Assembly: GCF_000142905.1 (NCBI RefSeq)
Contig: NW_013657678.1
Location: 310,001 to 374,000 of the forward strand
Origin: Thecamonas trahens ATCC 50062
Taxonomy: Eukaryota; Protista; Apusomonadida
DNA length: 64,000 nucleotides
Direction of reading: 5' to 3'
Part shown: piece after piece, positions 1 through 13,031 of the stretch
Position numbering within the stretch: the stretch's first letter is position 1
Layout of the letters: every line of letters begins with the position of its first letter
Position numbers and translations under genes: made by a program
Notes under the pieces: generated by a model
Told to the model about the DNA's origin: nothing
Seen by the model: the letters and a program-made list of their open reading frames with translations, nothing else
The model's database searches: none

Positions 1-110
1 CGACCTTTCTGTACGCAGGTCTCCCCCCTTCCCCCCTTCCCCCCTTCCCCCCGCCCCCCCCCCCTCCCCACCCCTCCCCACACACCCACCCTTGCACGTA
101 CTTTACGCCA

Positions 111-1463
111 ATGGCTGAGGTCCACCAGGGTGTGCGGACGGGAGTGGCCGTGTACGCGGCAAATAGTCCGTGCGAGGACATGCACCTGCAGACCGCGGTG
201 GGAGGCGGAAGCGTGGTGGCGGTGTTGGACGGACACGGTGGGGCGCGGGCGGTCGCCTTTGCCCGCAACAAGCTTGTGGCTGCGCTCGGCGAGGCGTTGG
301 ATGGCGTACCTCCCACTGGAGTAGGTGCGGCCATGCAAGGAGCTCTGCTGGCAGTTGATGATGCGCTGCTGGCCGAGATCAAGGCCAAGCCGTATCCGAC
401 CACCGAGGCCGAGTTTGACGACAAGATCGGCCTGATGGAGCAAGGCGCGTGCGCGTCGCTGGTGTGGATCCCGACGCACGGGCGCGGCGAGATGGCGGTG
501 GCACATCTGGGTGATACGCGAGTTGTGGCCGGCTCGCCATTGGGCGTTGCCCACGCTCTCTGCGAGGTGCACAACGCCGCAGAGCCTGCCGAGCGAGCCC
601 GGCTCCAGGCTGCGCTGCCAAAGGACAAGCGCCTGTTTAAGACATATCCGGGGGCAGAGCCGGGCTCACTCAAGTACTATGTCAAGGGCATTGTGCAGGT
701 GACCCGAGCGCTCGGCGACGGATATCTCAAGGACCGCGAGCTAGCTCGACTGCACAACAAAGCCGCGCCACAGTTCAAGGTCTCGCCGCTGCCCAAAGAG
801 GCTGCGCCGTACGTCTCGCCGCACGCACAAGTCGCGTCGCTCGTCATCGGGCGCGGAAGCAAGGACGAGCCCGCCTTTGTCGTTGTTGCCTCCGATGGGC
901 TCTGGGACCACATGACCGACGGTGAGGTGACTCGCTTTGTGGCGAGCCGGCTGACCGCTGCCGCCCTGGCCGGCCCGGCCCGCTCCCAGATCTCTGACGC
1001 CGCCCTCAACGCCACAGCACAGGCTCTCATTGATGCTGTCCTTGACAAAGTTGCCGCCGGCTTTGAGCTCACCCGTGCCGAGCTCGAAGCCAAAGTCGCC
1101 GGCGCTCGCGGCGACTCGGGTCGGCGATCCTACCACGACGACATCACCGTCATTGTGGCGCTCCTCCCGGTCCCGCCTCCTGCAGCTGTGCCAGCTGAAG
1201 CAAGCTCGCCCATGGTGCGCCAGCCATCGCGTCCGCTCATGCCCATCGCCGAGGTCGGCCGTGACTTTTCGGTCGTCAACACCACAGCCAAGATGCAGGC
1301 GCTCTCGTCGCCGCCTGTCGCGCCGGTTCGGTCCCGCCGCAAGCGGGCTCCGCCGACGTCGACTGCGCCCTGCTCAGTCGAGCAGAGCCAAGCCGCTGAG
1401 AGCTCGCCACTACAAACCCGGGCCCAGCGCAGGCTGAAGCGGCAAAAGCGGTTGGGCCGGTGA
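111..1463 (+). CDS. PP2C/PPM family protein phosphatase
   Basis: Motifs CED, VLDGHGG, HLGDTR, TRALGD, ASDGLWD and HDDITVIV; basic low-complexity C-tail. Confidence 0.9.
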   Translation: MAEVHQGVRTGVAVYAANSPCEDMHLQTAVGGGSVVAVLDGHGGARAVAFARNKLVAALGEALDGVPPTGVGAAMQGALLAVDDALLAEIKAKPYPTTEAEFDDKIGLMEQGACASLVWIPTHGRGEMAVAHLGDTRVVAGSPLGVAHALCEVHNAAEPAERARLQAALPKDKRLFKTYPGAEPGSLKYYVKGIVQVTRALGDGYLKDRELARLHNKAAPQFKVSPLPKEAAPYVSPHAQVASLVIGRGSKDEPAFVVVASDGLWDHMTDGEVTRFVASRLTAAALAGPARSQISDAALNATAQALIDAVLDKVAAGFELTRAELEAKVAGARGDSGRRSYHDDITVIVALLPVPPPAAVPAEASSPMVRQPSRPLMPIAEVGRDFSVVNTTAKMQALSSPPVAPVRSRRKRAPPTSTAPCSVEQSQAAESSPLQTRAQRRLKRQKRLGR

Positions 1464-1623
1464 GTGTGCCTCCGTCTAGCACGTTTGCGCCATGCACGTG
1501 CAGCCCAAAGTGAAAGACTGGAATAGAACACTCTCCGTTCACTCGACTAAGGCCAGGCAAGCCACATCTGCAGTCGCCTCATCCTGCACGGCTGCCGACT
1601 TGTTTCTGGCCTCCACCGGACTC

Positions 1624-3949
1624 ATGTTTGGAAGCGCAAAGGTGGCTCTGTCGCTCCACGCGGCTGCCGCGGCCGGTGATGCGGCAAGGGTGGAGTCGCT
1701 TTTGGAAGCCGGGGCGGACGCAGGAGCAGGCAACGATCGCGGGTGGACGCCGATGTACGTGGCGGCACACTACGGACATGTCCACATCATCAAGATCCTT
1801 GCGGGAAGTCCAATAGCCGATGTCAATGCGCCCAACTCTCGCGGATGGACGCCGCTGCATGTGGCGGTGGTCTGCGGGCATGACGATGTGGTGGACTGGC
1901 TGGTCAGCTGCGGCGGAGCCGATGTGGATGCCGTCTCGGTTGCCGGCGAAACGCCGCTGATCCTTGCCGCCAAGCACAATCGGACCAACATGATTGACAT
2001 TCTCCAGTCCAGTGGAAAGGAACCGCCAGCAGGCTGGCTCGCATCGGGCTCGGTGGCTGAGTTTGATGCTCCGCGCGCCAAGCTCCTCGCGCCGGTGCCT
2101 CGCGACGCCGATGGCGCCGTCGACGTGGCTGCCTGGGTGGTGAAGATGGACGATGAAGGGGTGTTTCAAGCCCATGCCCAACAGTGGACACTAATGCACC
2201 TGGCTGCAGCCACAGAGTCTCCAGTTATGGTCCTTTGGCTCGTCACCCACTGCCCGGAATTGATCAGCGTCGTGGACGGCAACGGCGCGACGCCGCTGCA
2301 CTTCGGCACTGCCTCCATCCGAGTTGTGCAGATCCTGCACAGTCATGGTGCGAGCTTGTGCCAGCTTGATGCCAATCGCCACAGTCCTGTGGACAAGGCA
2401 ATTGCGGGTAACCACGTGCCGTCGCTCAAGTGGATGGCGCGATGCGCTGGAAAGGCGAGTTGCACCAAGTGCGGCACCATCCTCCTGCACTCGCTTGTCA
2501 TGTCCGGCAATGTCGAGACGCTAATGTCTGTCATGCTAACGTACACCGCAGGCATGTTGTCGTGGTCTTCGCCAAACGGGCAATCACCGCTTCATCTAGC
2601 TGTCGCGCTCGGCAACACGGCGATGGTCGAGGCACTGCTGGCGACAGCTGTCGGTCCAACGGCGGCCGTTCCTACTCGCACTGCCGAGGCCGACGAAGAT
2701 GACAAAAGTGCCATCGCATGGAAGAAGGAGGAGGCCCTGCTGCGTGGCGGATGGTCCAAAGGCGTGCGGTTTGCAGCCGACGCCGCGGACATCGTCTTTT
2801 CATGGCTCTCGATGCTCAACGAGGACGGCGAGGCACCGCTACACATTGCAGCCGCCCTTGCGACCGACAACGATGGCCTGGAGAACACCATGCATGTTGT
2901 TACTATGCTCCAAGTTCTCCGTGATGCCGGTGCCGACAAGACTCTGCGGAACAGTCGTGGGCAGCTCATCCTCCACATTGCGGTGGAGCATGCGATCGCG
3001 GCCACGAGCAAGATCCTGGATGCGATCCCCGGGGTCCTCCCGGTTACCCTTTTCTGGAGTACGTTATGATGTTTAACGCCGACGCGAACGCATGCGACGG
3101 CAGCGGCTTGACCGCGCTTCAATGCGCAGCGACTGCAGGCGCGACAACGGTGATCCGAGTCCTGCTCAAGGGATGCAGCGTCGACGCGCGCGGAGCGGAC
3201 CACACCACTGCGCTTCACTGCGCAGCGGCTGGCAACCACGCCAATGCCGTGTGCATGCTTGTAGCCGAGGGTGCCGACACCGAGGCTCGTGACAGGCTGG
3301 GCGCTGTCCCGTTACACTACGCCGCTAAGGCATCTGCGCTCGAGTCTGTTGCCGCTCTCATCCGGTGCGGCGCCGACGTCGACGCGCGTAATGACCGGCT
3401 CGAGACTCCGCTCCATGTTGCGGCCAAAACGATGGTGCCAGCACCTTGGCGCGGCTTCTCCAAGCCGGTGGCTCATCCGGCTCACGGTCTCTCATCGGTG
3501 GCACCGTTGTCCATGCCGCGCTCGACTCGCCAGCTTGTGTAGCTGTGCTGCTCTCGCATGGTGCTGACCTGCGGGCGCGCGACGAGGCTGGGCGAACTCT
3601 CGCGCACTTGGCCGCCATGGTGGGCCGGCTGGATGTCATCGAAGTGCTGGCCGTTCACGATATTTGCCTTGTGGCCAAAGCCGGCGTCGACGAACTTGGC
3701 GCCACTCCGCAGCTCTACGCTTCGGCGTGCGGCGACGTGGCCATGGTGGCCTATCTCATCCTCTCCGGCGTAGACTCTACCCAGTTGGCATCTGATGTCG
3801 CCATCGGTAACCTCTGTATTCCTGAGACCATTGTGACCTTTCTCGCTTCCGTTGAGCTCTTGGGAGCTACCACCCGCGACGCTGTCATCGCAGCACTTCC
3901 CGAGGCCAGCGCCCGCGCCGTACTTGCCGGCGCTGCCCTCCCGCGCTGA
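1624..3949 (+). CDS. Multi-ankyrin-repeat protein split by two apparent 1-nt frameshifts (~3050, ~3428)
   Basis: GWTPLHxA-type ankyrin repeats continue across ORFs 1492-3069, 3066-3542 and 3446-3949. Adding one T at 3050-3053 and one A at 3426-3429 fuses them. Confidence 0.8.
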
Positions 3950-4216
3950 TATGCATACGCTGACAAACCGAGCATCAAAACATCCGGCCCAGACCAGCTG
4001 ACACCCCCCCCCCTCCTCCATCCCTTCCCTCGATCAAGCCATGTCATGATGACGTGCAGCAAGAGATGCGGACAGGCGGGCGCCGATGATGACATGGTGC
4101 CACATTGATTGTTGTTTGGCCAACAAACAACAGCCAGAGGAAGCGGACGACAAGGCGTCTCCTCGCACCCGCACCCACACCCGTTCAGCACCACACAACT
4201 CGGAAAACGGGACAAC

Positions 4217-6473
4217 ATGCTCCGTGCTACGACTCTTATGGCTGCCACCGCTCCGCTGCGGCGGCTTGTGCCTTCCCTCACCACGCGGTACGCACCCAGT
4301 GTCTTGGCCATCCCCCGCCCCATCCCCTCACCCCGTCTGCACCGTTCCTGGACGCGTCACTTGGATGGATTGGGTCGCGAACGGGTGGAGGGCGGGAGGG
4401 GGGGGGCGGGGGGTGGGAGGGGGGGGGTGGGAGGGGGGGACGGTCTGGGCGGTCTGAAGGGGGGAGGAAGGGGGAATCAGGTAGGGAACAGGCAGACTCA
4501 CGGCATGAGTGTGATGTAATGATTGGGGGAGTAGGGCTTTTGCGGGCGCTGTGGGCGTGAGTGAGGGCGCTGCAGGCGCTGAGGACGGCGCCGGCGGAGC
4601 AACGCAGGTGGCAAACATCCCTACCATTGGCATCGACCTGGGCACCACCAACTCGTGCGTGGCGGTGGTGGAGAACGGCGAGCCGCGAGTTCTGGAGAAC
4701 GAGGAGGGTAAGCGGACGACGCCGTCGGTGGTGGCCTTCCAGCCGGATGGCTCGCGGCTTGTGGGCGCGCCGGCCAAGCGCGGTGCGGTGACCAACCCGA
4801 AGAACACCATCTATGGGGCCAAGCGGCTTATCGGGCGGACGTTTGACGACCCGGCCATTGCCACGCTGCAGAAGATGGTCTCGTACGAGATCTGCCGCGC
4901 GCCCAACGGGACCGATGCCTGGGTGTCTGCCCAGGGCAAGCAGTACTCGCCGTCGCAGATCGGCTCATTTGTGCTGACCAAGATGCAGGAGACTGCAGCG
5001 CGCGTGCTCGGCGGCATGCCCAACAAGGCGGTTATCACCGTCCCGGCGTACTTTGACGACTCGCAGCGGCAGGCAACCAAGGATGCCGGCCGCATCTGCG
5101 GCTTTGACCAGATCCGGATCATCAACGAGCCGACGGCGGCGGCGCTCTCGTACGGCATCAACTCGACCGAGGCGCAGACCATTGCGGTGTACGATCTCGG
5201 CGGCGGTACCTTTGACATTTCGGTCCTCGAGGTCGACGACGGTGTGTTTGTGGTCAAGTCGACCGGCGGTGACTCGACGCTCGGCGGCGAGGACTGGGAC
5301 GAGACCATTCTGCAGCACATGCTGTCGACGTTCAAGTCGCAGACCGGCGTCGACCTCTCGGGCGACCAGATGTCGATCCAGCGGCTTCGCGAGGCGGCTG
5401 AGGAGGCGAAGCGCGCCCTCGACGCGTCGCCGTCGACGGACATCAACCTGCCGTTCATTACCCAGACCGACGGCGGCCCGCTGCACTTTGAGGCGACGCT
5501 GACGCGCGCCGAGCTGGAGAAGCTCACCGGCCCGCTCATCGACAAGACCCGGGCGCCGTCTGAGCAGGCGCTCCGCGACGCGCACATCTCGGCGGCCGAG
5601 GTGGACAAGGTCCTGCTTGTTGGTGGCATGACCCGCATGCCTAAGGTTGTCTCGACGGTGGCCGAGCTGTTTGGCAAGGACCCGTCCAAGGGCGTGAACC
5701 CGGACGAGGCCGTGGCTTCGGGCGCCGCCATTCAGGGCTCGATCCTCGACGGCGCCATCTCGGGCGTGGCCCTTGTCGACGTCACGCCGCTCTCGCTCGG
5801 CACCAACGTGGAGGGCGGGCTCTTTGCCCGCATCATCGAGCGGAACACGCCGATTCCGGTCTCCAAGACCAAGACCTTTACCACTGCACAGGACCACCAG
5901 ACGTACATTGTCGCCGACGTCCTGCAGGGCGACCGCGAGCTCGCCGCCGAGAACCGCAAGCTCGGCACGCTGCGCCTCGACGGCATCCCGCCCATGCGCA
6001 AGGGTGTGCCGCAGCTCGATGTTACCTTTGACCTCAACGCCGAGGGCATCCTCAAGGTCACCGCCACCGACCAGGCCACCGGTACCACCTCGGAGACCGT
6101 GGTCGAGACCAAGGGCGGCCTCACCGAGGCCGAGATCGAGCAGATGGTCCGTGAGGCCGAGATGTTTGCTGAGGAGGACAAGAAGCGCCGCGCCGCCATC
6201 GAGCTTCGCAACGAGGCTGAGTCGCTCGCTCACACCACCCGTGCCTCGGTCGAGGACAACGCCAAGCTCCTCACCGAGGCCAGCAAGACCAAGCTCCTCT
6301 CGCAGGTCGACGCCCTCGAGGCTGCGCTCGACGGCAAGGACGGCGATGCGCTCCGCGCCAAGATGGACGAGCTTAAGAACGAGGTCAACGACGCCTTTGA
6401 GGCCGCCTACAAGTCCAAGCAGGGCCCTGCCGCCGGCACCCCGCCGCCGGAGCAGCAGACCCCGCAGCAGTAA
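4217..6473 (+). CDS. Mitochondrial Hsp70 (DnaK-type), 2 exons (4217-4287, 4535-6473)
   Basis: GIDLGTTNSC, TVPAYF, DLGGGTFD, and mitochondrial/proteobacterial signatures DAWV and YSPSQIG. Exon 1 encodes an Arg-rich presequence MLRATTLMAATAPLRR. A GTACGC...TAG intron restores the frame. Confidence 0.9.
4288..4534 (+). other. Spliceosomal intron of mtHsp70
   Basis: GTACGC donor, GACTCAC branch-like motif ~4496, TAG acceptor; phase-2 junction is in frame. Confidence 0.85.
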
Positions 6474-6714
6474 ACAGCCCTAATGAGTCGGTCGACCCTA
6501 CCCCCCACTCCGAGCCGACCTGCCGTCACCCATCATCGCCCGCCGCCGCCCGCCGACCGCCGCGACATCCCACGCCCACCCCCCCCCCCCCCCCACCCCT
6601 CCGCTCCCCGCTCCCGACCCCTACCGCCTCCAATCTACCGGCACCCCACTCCACCACCCCCAGCCCTACCCCCCCGGCCCACCCCCCAGCCCCAGCCACC
6701 TCCTCCCCACACAT

Positions 6715-7656
6715 ATGTTTGCCCTCCGCCTCTGCACCCGCCAGCCCCGCCCCGCAGCCGCTGCGCTGTCGACCACGGCCCGGGCTGCGGTGGAGATCTT
6801 CGAGACGCCCGCAGGGAGCGGACGCGGCGCCGGCGGGCAGGTCGATGCCGTGGCCCTAGCTGCCCTGCCAGACGTGCCTGCCATGGTTGATGCCCTACAG
6901 GATGCCTTGGACTATGAGCCGGGCTTCCACCGCTGGCGCCGTGGCGGTGCCAGCAAGTTCCTCCCTCGTCTGGTTGACCCGGCCGCCCCCGCCGCCGCCA
7001 TGGCCGCCGCCGCCGCCTCGGCCGATGACGTCGCCGTCATCTTCTCAACCGCCCTGCCGCTGCTCAACCTTGCTGCTGCTGCCGAGTACGGCTCCGTCGC
7101 CGCCGTCCCTGCTCCGCTTCTGGATTCGGCTGCCACCGCCCGCCTCGTCGCCCTCGCCGTCGACGATGCCGCCCCGGGCGTCATCGCCGACGCCCTCGCC
7201 GCCCGCCCCACCACCCGCCTCTTCCCGGCCGCCGACGACTACAAGGCCCTGCTTACCGCTGCTGCTGACGCTGCCCCTGACACGCTCTCGCGCATTTATC
7301 CGTTTATGGCCCTGGATCACCCGCAGGCTCTCGACAACGACACCGCAACTGCCGTCGTCGCCGCTGCCGCCGCCGCTCCGACCTGGGCCGACGACGCCGC
7401 CTCCATCGCCGCCTCCCTCCCCGATGCTGACGCCGATGCCGATGCCGATGCTGCCCCGGCCGCTCCTGCCTCGGTCTCGCTCCCCAAGAGCCTTGCCACC
7501 GCAGTCCAGGTTGCCGCTGACGCCGCCGCCCTCGGCCTAGACACCGCGCCCGCGCTCGCCCGCGACATCCTCGACGCTGTGGCTCATGCGCCCGAGCTTG
7601 ATGCGCGAGTGGGCGACGCCCTCACCGCACAGATTGAGGCTGTGCTTGATCTGTAG
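6715..7656 (+). CDS. Hypothetical Ala-rich helical protein, probable mitochondrial presequence
   Basis: 313-aa ORF with host-like codon bias; N-terminus MFALRLCTRQPRPAAAALSTTAR is Arg-rich and acid-free. Confidence 0.6.
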   Translation: MFALRLCTRQPRPAAAALSTTARAAVEIFETPAGSGRGAGGQVDAVALAALPDVPAMVDALQDALDYEPGFHRWRRGGASKFLPRLVDPAAPAAAMAAAAASADDVAVIFSTALPLLNLAAAAEYGSVAAVPAPLLDSAATARLVALAVDDAAPGVIADALAARPTTRLFPAADDYKALLTAAADAAPDTLSRIYPFMALDHPQALDNDTATAVVAAAAAAPTWADDAASIAASLPDADADADADAAPAAPASVSLPKSLATAVQVAADAAALGLDTAPALARDILDAVAHAPELDARVGDALTAQIEAVLDL

Positions 7657-8039
7657 AGTGAACGACTGCTTGATGATGATGATAAGTGGGAGGAGGAGAT
7701 GGGTGGGGGAGGGGGTTTCTTCATGCTCTTCATGGTCAAGGGAAATCTCCCCAAGCCGACTGACGCAAGCAGTACGAGGCGGACACGTCGGAGCAGCCAC
7801 AGCAGGCACCCAGGAGAAATACTCCCCCGAGGCCCGACCGCCCACTGTCTGTCCCTCTGCTGCGCTAATAAAGCTGGGTTCTACACCTAGACACATGTAC
7901 ATCATTCAGCACATGCGTGTGTTGGAGGGGGGGGGGAAGGGAGGGAGGGGGGGGGGGGGGGAGGGGGGAGGGGGAGGTGGGGATGTCCGAGGGATGGCAG
8001 TGGTGGGCTCAAATGAGCCTCTCTTGCACCCACTGCACA

Positions 8040-8125
8040 CGCCACACCACGCGCACCACGCGCACCACACACACCACACACACCACACACACCACACACA
8101 ATACACACAATACACACAACATACA
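8040..8125 (+). repeat. Degenerate CA-rich microsatellite (CACCACACA-type)
   Basis: Directly visible. Confidence 0.7.
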
Positions 8126-8279
8126 CTTGCTCGCTTACAGAGCACAGGAACGCTAGCTCATCTCCATACATTTTCTTCTCAGTTCACATGAGTGGTCCTA
8201 CATCGAGAGTTGTGTCTGTGGTGACGGAGGACACGGTCAACTCGTTCAGTCCGGTGTGCTTGGTCGGCTCTTCGGGGCC

Positions 8280-11200
8280 TCACCTTGCCATCAAGGCGTG
8301 ATCAAGCAAGGCCCGGAACCGCCTAACCAACCAGGGCGGGAGCTCGGCGCGCACAACGGCAAAGGCCTGTCGTTGCGACTCGGGCACGTCGCCAAAGACT
8401 AGGATGGAGTGGGTGACAAAGTCGATGATGACCTCGAGTGCCGCCCGGTCTATCGCGTCGAGCTCCGGCTCGTCGCTAACGTCGCCAAAACATCGACAAC
8501 CGCCTGGAGCACCTCGAGCACCAGGTGGATGGTCAAGTTTCCATGCTTGGTCATCCGGTACACCGCTGGTCCCACAATCTGGCAAACAACGTGGACCTGT
8601 GAGATGGAGACAGCCGGCCGGATCGACCGCACAAACTCGGGCAGGCACTCGAGCATCATGGCATCTACGCCGAGAAGAAAGGCGTGCGCAAAGACAATGA
8701 GCGAGTCGCAATCCGACGGCCGCCAGAGCGAAAATGTTGTCGGTACATGCTGCAACGTTCCCTTCACCGCGTCAATCCACGCGTACAGCACCGGAACGTG
8801 GTACGCCGAGGGAAGCCGCGCAAGGAGCCCGGCCTTGGCCAGTCCGCGCCGCGCCTCGGTGTCTGCCAGCAGTAGCGCCGCGGCGTCGTCCGCTGCCAGC
8901 GGCAGTGCCAGCACCTGGATCGCCGCAGCCATAGCTAGCCGCGGTGCTGCAGCCTTAAACTCGCGATGCGAGGCGTACGGCAAGTCGTGTGGCCCGGCTG
9001 CGGGCGGGCCGTCACCTTGGCCCGGCAGGTGTGCCGTCAAGCTGTCCAGCACCCGTGTCAGGAAGCTCGTGCCATCAGCATTGACCATCTTCAGCTTTCT
9101 CGCCATCATCGATGCCGTATGGACCCCATCTTCGATGACGTACTCCACAAAGGCGGGGTCAAGGGCGTGCCCAAGCTCAGAGTCCGACTGGGCGCGCCGG
9201 CTGCCGCGCGGAAACGCAAACGTCCGGACCAATGCCCGCTTGACCTCGGGCGTCAGACCAGAAGACTCGGCGTGGTAGTGCAACAGATCGTGAAGCGTCT
9301 GCATCGGCCGTGGCACTGACGCCACCACAAAGTTCAACGGAGGCGCAAGGAGCACGCTTGTCACAAACTCGGGCGCGTCGGCCGCAATGAACCGCGAGAG
9401 CACAAGCTGCAGATACGGCGTGAGCCGCGACATTTCCGAGTGGTAGTAGGTCGGCAGCGCGTCGGGGCTGCGCCCCCGCTGCGGAAACCGCTCCTCGTAT
9501 GCTGCGAGCGCAGGCAGCATCCAAGATCCAAACACCGCACCCGGTGGCTCAGCCTCGGCTAGCCGCGCGTCGCACGAGCCAAACCAAAGCGAGGCCCGCG
9601 CACTCACCGCGCTCGAGGTCAGGAAGCCCTGAAGAAGCTGCAGCGCAATCGGGTTGGCATCGACCTCCAGTAGCGCCATAATCAGCTCGCCAGCATCCAC
9701 AAGCTGCCACTCAAACGCCATCGCGACCAACCGCGCCACCCCACGCTCGACAGCCTTGCTCGTCGCCCCAGCGTAAGAGTCGGAGATGTGTGAGACAGCA
9801 AAGGCCACCGCGTGAAACAGGGCACGCGTCACCATGTGCGGCTTGACAGCGTCGAGAACAACTCTCATGTTCACGACCAGCGCATCGCTGGCAGCCGTAA
9901 ACGCCGTCATCCAGAACCACGACAGCACGTCACGGAGGTAGAGCGGGCTTGACGCAGAGCTTGCGTCGCCAGCCTCTGTGCCCGCGCTCGAGCCCGACAT
10001 CGTCGCCGCCCACGCCGCCTCCTCTGCAGCGACCACTCGCTTGACCAGCGGTGAAGTAGCCGTCAGGACTGGCGACGCCCCACAGAGATGCTCGCTCAAT
10101 GAATGGGCCTGATCGTACGCCGAGACCTCCACCGCAGTTGGTGCAGCATCCTTCCACGACTTTGACCCCCAGAGGCTGGCGTGCGCCGCCTCGCTCACAT
10201 CGACCACGTCCATGGCAGCGAGGCCCGAGCCCGAGTCGAACTTGCCAGAGTTCGACTTTGACCCGCTTCTGTGCCCACGAGCAGCCTTGCCGCTCGCCGC
10301 GACTGTGCTGATGGCATCGACAAGTGGAGCCGGGAAGGCCATGAGCACGTGCTGCGGCCACTTGAGCGTCGCCGGCGACGCTTGGGCAATGGCCGTCACC
10401 ACGTCCGGAAGCTTGCCGAGCTTGCCACGAACCGCCACGCCTCGCACCGCCAGTGACATGGCCAGCGCCTGCATACTGGCCGAGTCGACTACCACCGTCT
10501 GCCGCGTCTTCAGCTGCGCCAGTGGACTCTCCAGGTTGTTGTGGAGAGGGAGAAGCACAAGTATGAGGTGCTGCACCGCAGCGTAGACAGCTCGCGAGCT
10601 GGTCTTGGTGAGATAATCCGAAAGGCCGACAAGAATGTCGCCCACGCTCTCATTATCAACCAGCCAGTTGACGAGCCGCGCCGAGAAGAGTTCCGAGAGC
10701 GCGACGGCCAGTCGCTTGCGCTCAGAGGCGGTCCGTAGCACAAAGTTGAACAAACTCCGAAGCGCGCATGCGTTGGGCGCCGAGTTGAGCAGCCGGGCCA
10801 GTGTGTCCAGCGCACCCGGCGGAAAGGCCTCGCGGCGCACAGCTTTCGGCGCAAGGTATGAAAACAGGAAACGCGCCATGTCCGACCGCGCCCGCAATGA
10901 CAACATGTGCACCACCGCGAGCGGGACTGGCGGGTCCAGGTTCGGCACGAGAGTGCCCGACGGCAGTGCCGGTGTCTCATTCACATCGTTCGAGCCGTAG
11001 CCGTGGCCTTGATACAGCAGCTCGATCATCCATCGCGCCACCTCATTCGGCGCGTAGAGTGTGACGACGCCGAGCGTGCAGATGTCGTCATCACGCCACT
11101 CGTTCACCGGCTTGGACCCCAGCTTGGCCACAACGTCTCGCGCTGACGACGACATCCGGGAATCGCGGTGCGATTCGATGTACCGACGCAAGACCACGTA

Positions 11201-12757
11201 CGTCAAAGTCAGCTTGGCCGGCGACGGTGCAAAGACATGCTTGGCTTGCGCGAGATGGAGAGCGTTCACAAGCTGCCGGCCCACAGCGCTTTCCGACACC
11301 TGGTTCGCAATCGACGGCGCCATCAAGACCTGGAGGACGAGATGGCCGAGCTCAGTCGGGATCGAGGCCTCGTCCGCGCCTGTGACAAACTCCTCAAACA
11401 GGGCGCAGAAGTCGACTACCCTGATGAGCTGCTTCTCCAGCATGGCGTAGATGAGGTCGGCGACGTCTGCCCACTCGCCGTAGTACGACGATGGCAGGTC
11501 TGCAGTCTTCAGCACCGGCTTGGCCGGCGCCGCGAGCCACTCGGACGGGATCGGAAGGAGAGTCGAGTTGGCGAGAGGATGCGGCTTGGCGCCAGTGGCC
11601 GGTCCACGGGCAACGAGCTCGGTCAGCCGCGTGCGGACGGCTCCGACGACGAGGTCACGGATGTGGCCCGCATCGTAGCCAACCTTCGGTAGGCTGCCCA
11701 GTGCCGAGCGCATCCTGTTGAGGGTAACACCCTGGTACAACATGCCGGCAAACGCAATCGGGTTGACGTACGGCGACGGCGAGACGTAGACAATGTGGTA
11801 CGCCGGATTGACGCGGGCGATGGTCAAAGCCGACGACGTGTCGTCGGCATAGCGAGTGACGCCGAGAAGCCCGGAAGCCACAGTCGGTGGAAGGAACGTC
11901 ATCAGCCGCTCGAGCGCAATGCGACGGAGCGCAAACTGTTCAGCAAAGGCCTCAAGCGTCCAGTGAAGCTGCGCCTTGCCAAGGATGTACGGCCGCAGCT
12001 GGACAATGACCGCGTAGTGCGGGATGAGAAAGCGTGGCGGCGCAACGAGCTCGTTGAGCAGATCGGCAGCAGCCTGGACCACACCCATGAATTGCCGCGG
12101 AAGTGCGGCCGGTGGCGGCGGAAGCAGGCTCTCAAGACACTTGAGAAGGAGGTCGAGGACGGTGGTGCAGGTGGCGAGCGAGGCCTCGTGCACATGGCTG
12201 CGAACGCAGGCCAGGACGGCGGAACAGGCGAGCGGCTCAACTGTCGCCGCGGTCTGGGCGCGATGACGCAAATGGTACAGCACACTCGGCAGGATGTCGT
12301 CGACGAGAAAGACTTGCCCCACCAGAGCCTCGAGCAGATCGGCCACAAGTCCGACCCGCGGGCGATGGCCGCCATCCCAGTGCAGCGCATCGAGAACAAC
12401 ATTGATAACAGCGTTGCGCTCCGGACGGGCCAGTCCGTCGACTAGCCGCGCCGCTGCCGCAGCAAACGCCTTGGCCAGCGCCGCCCGCCCGGTTGGCCCG
12501 CCGCCCCGCGAGCCGTGGGACAGCAGAGCATCTGGCCCGGCCTCTGCCCGTCCGCCTGCAGCAGAGGCAGACGACGTAGCCTGCCGTCCCACGCGCGAGG
12601 GCAGTTCTGCAGAGCTAGCCTCCCACATGGCCGAGTCTGTGGTGGCCAGCGCCGCAGCGTACGAGCCGTGGGTACCCTCTGCCGCCGTGGAGTATGCCCT
12701 CAGCGCCGACTTGAGGAGGTTGGCCATGCTCGCTGCCGGCCCGTCGTCCCCAGCCAT
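8280..12757 (-). CDS. MED23: Mediator subunit 23, with an apparent frameshift ~8488
   Basis: LPTYYHSEMSRLTPYLQLVLSRF, LHDLLHYH, REFKAAAPRLAMAAAIQVLAL and CQIVGP resemble MED23 C-terminal blocks. The terminal block (IIDFVTHSILVFGD) lies in ORF 8280-8711. Start may instead be 12796. Confidence 0.75.
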
Positions 12758-13031
12758 ACCCGAGGCCTCAAAGGGCGGAAACGCTTGGGTGCCCATGCAC
12801 ACGTGGAGGAGAGGGGTGGAGGTGGGGAGGGAGGGGGTGTGCCTCGGGGAGGGGGGGGGAGGGGGCTTGTTGCCGAACCTCCGGCGAGCCAGCCAGCCAG
12901 CCAGTTGGACACCATGGCCGGTCGCTGCCGATGTGCGCATGGGTGTTCATCGCAGCAGCACCAACAATGTCCACAACGGAAGTGTATGTTGCTACTGGTC
13001 TGTCTATGGCCATAGATGGGCTGCAGATGGC

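Noticed and set aside
3044-3056. Canonical -1 slippery heptamers at the frameshift sites
   Set aside because: The sites I examined do not fit X XXY YYZ in frame and share no motif.
7720-7890. Possible SRP, RNase MRP or snRNA gene
   Set aside because: Only loose partial motif resemblance; no convincing conserved core by eye.
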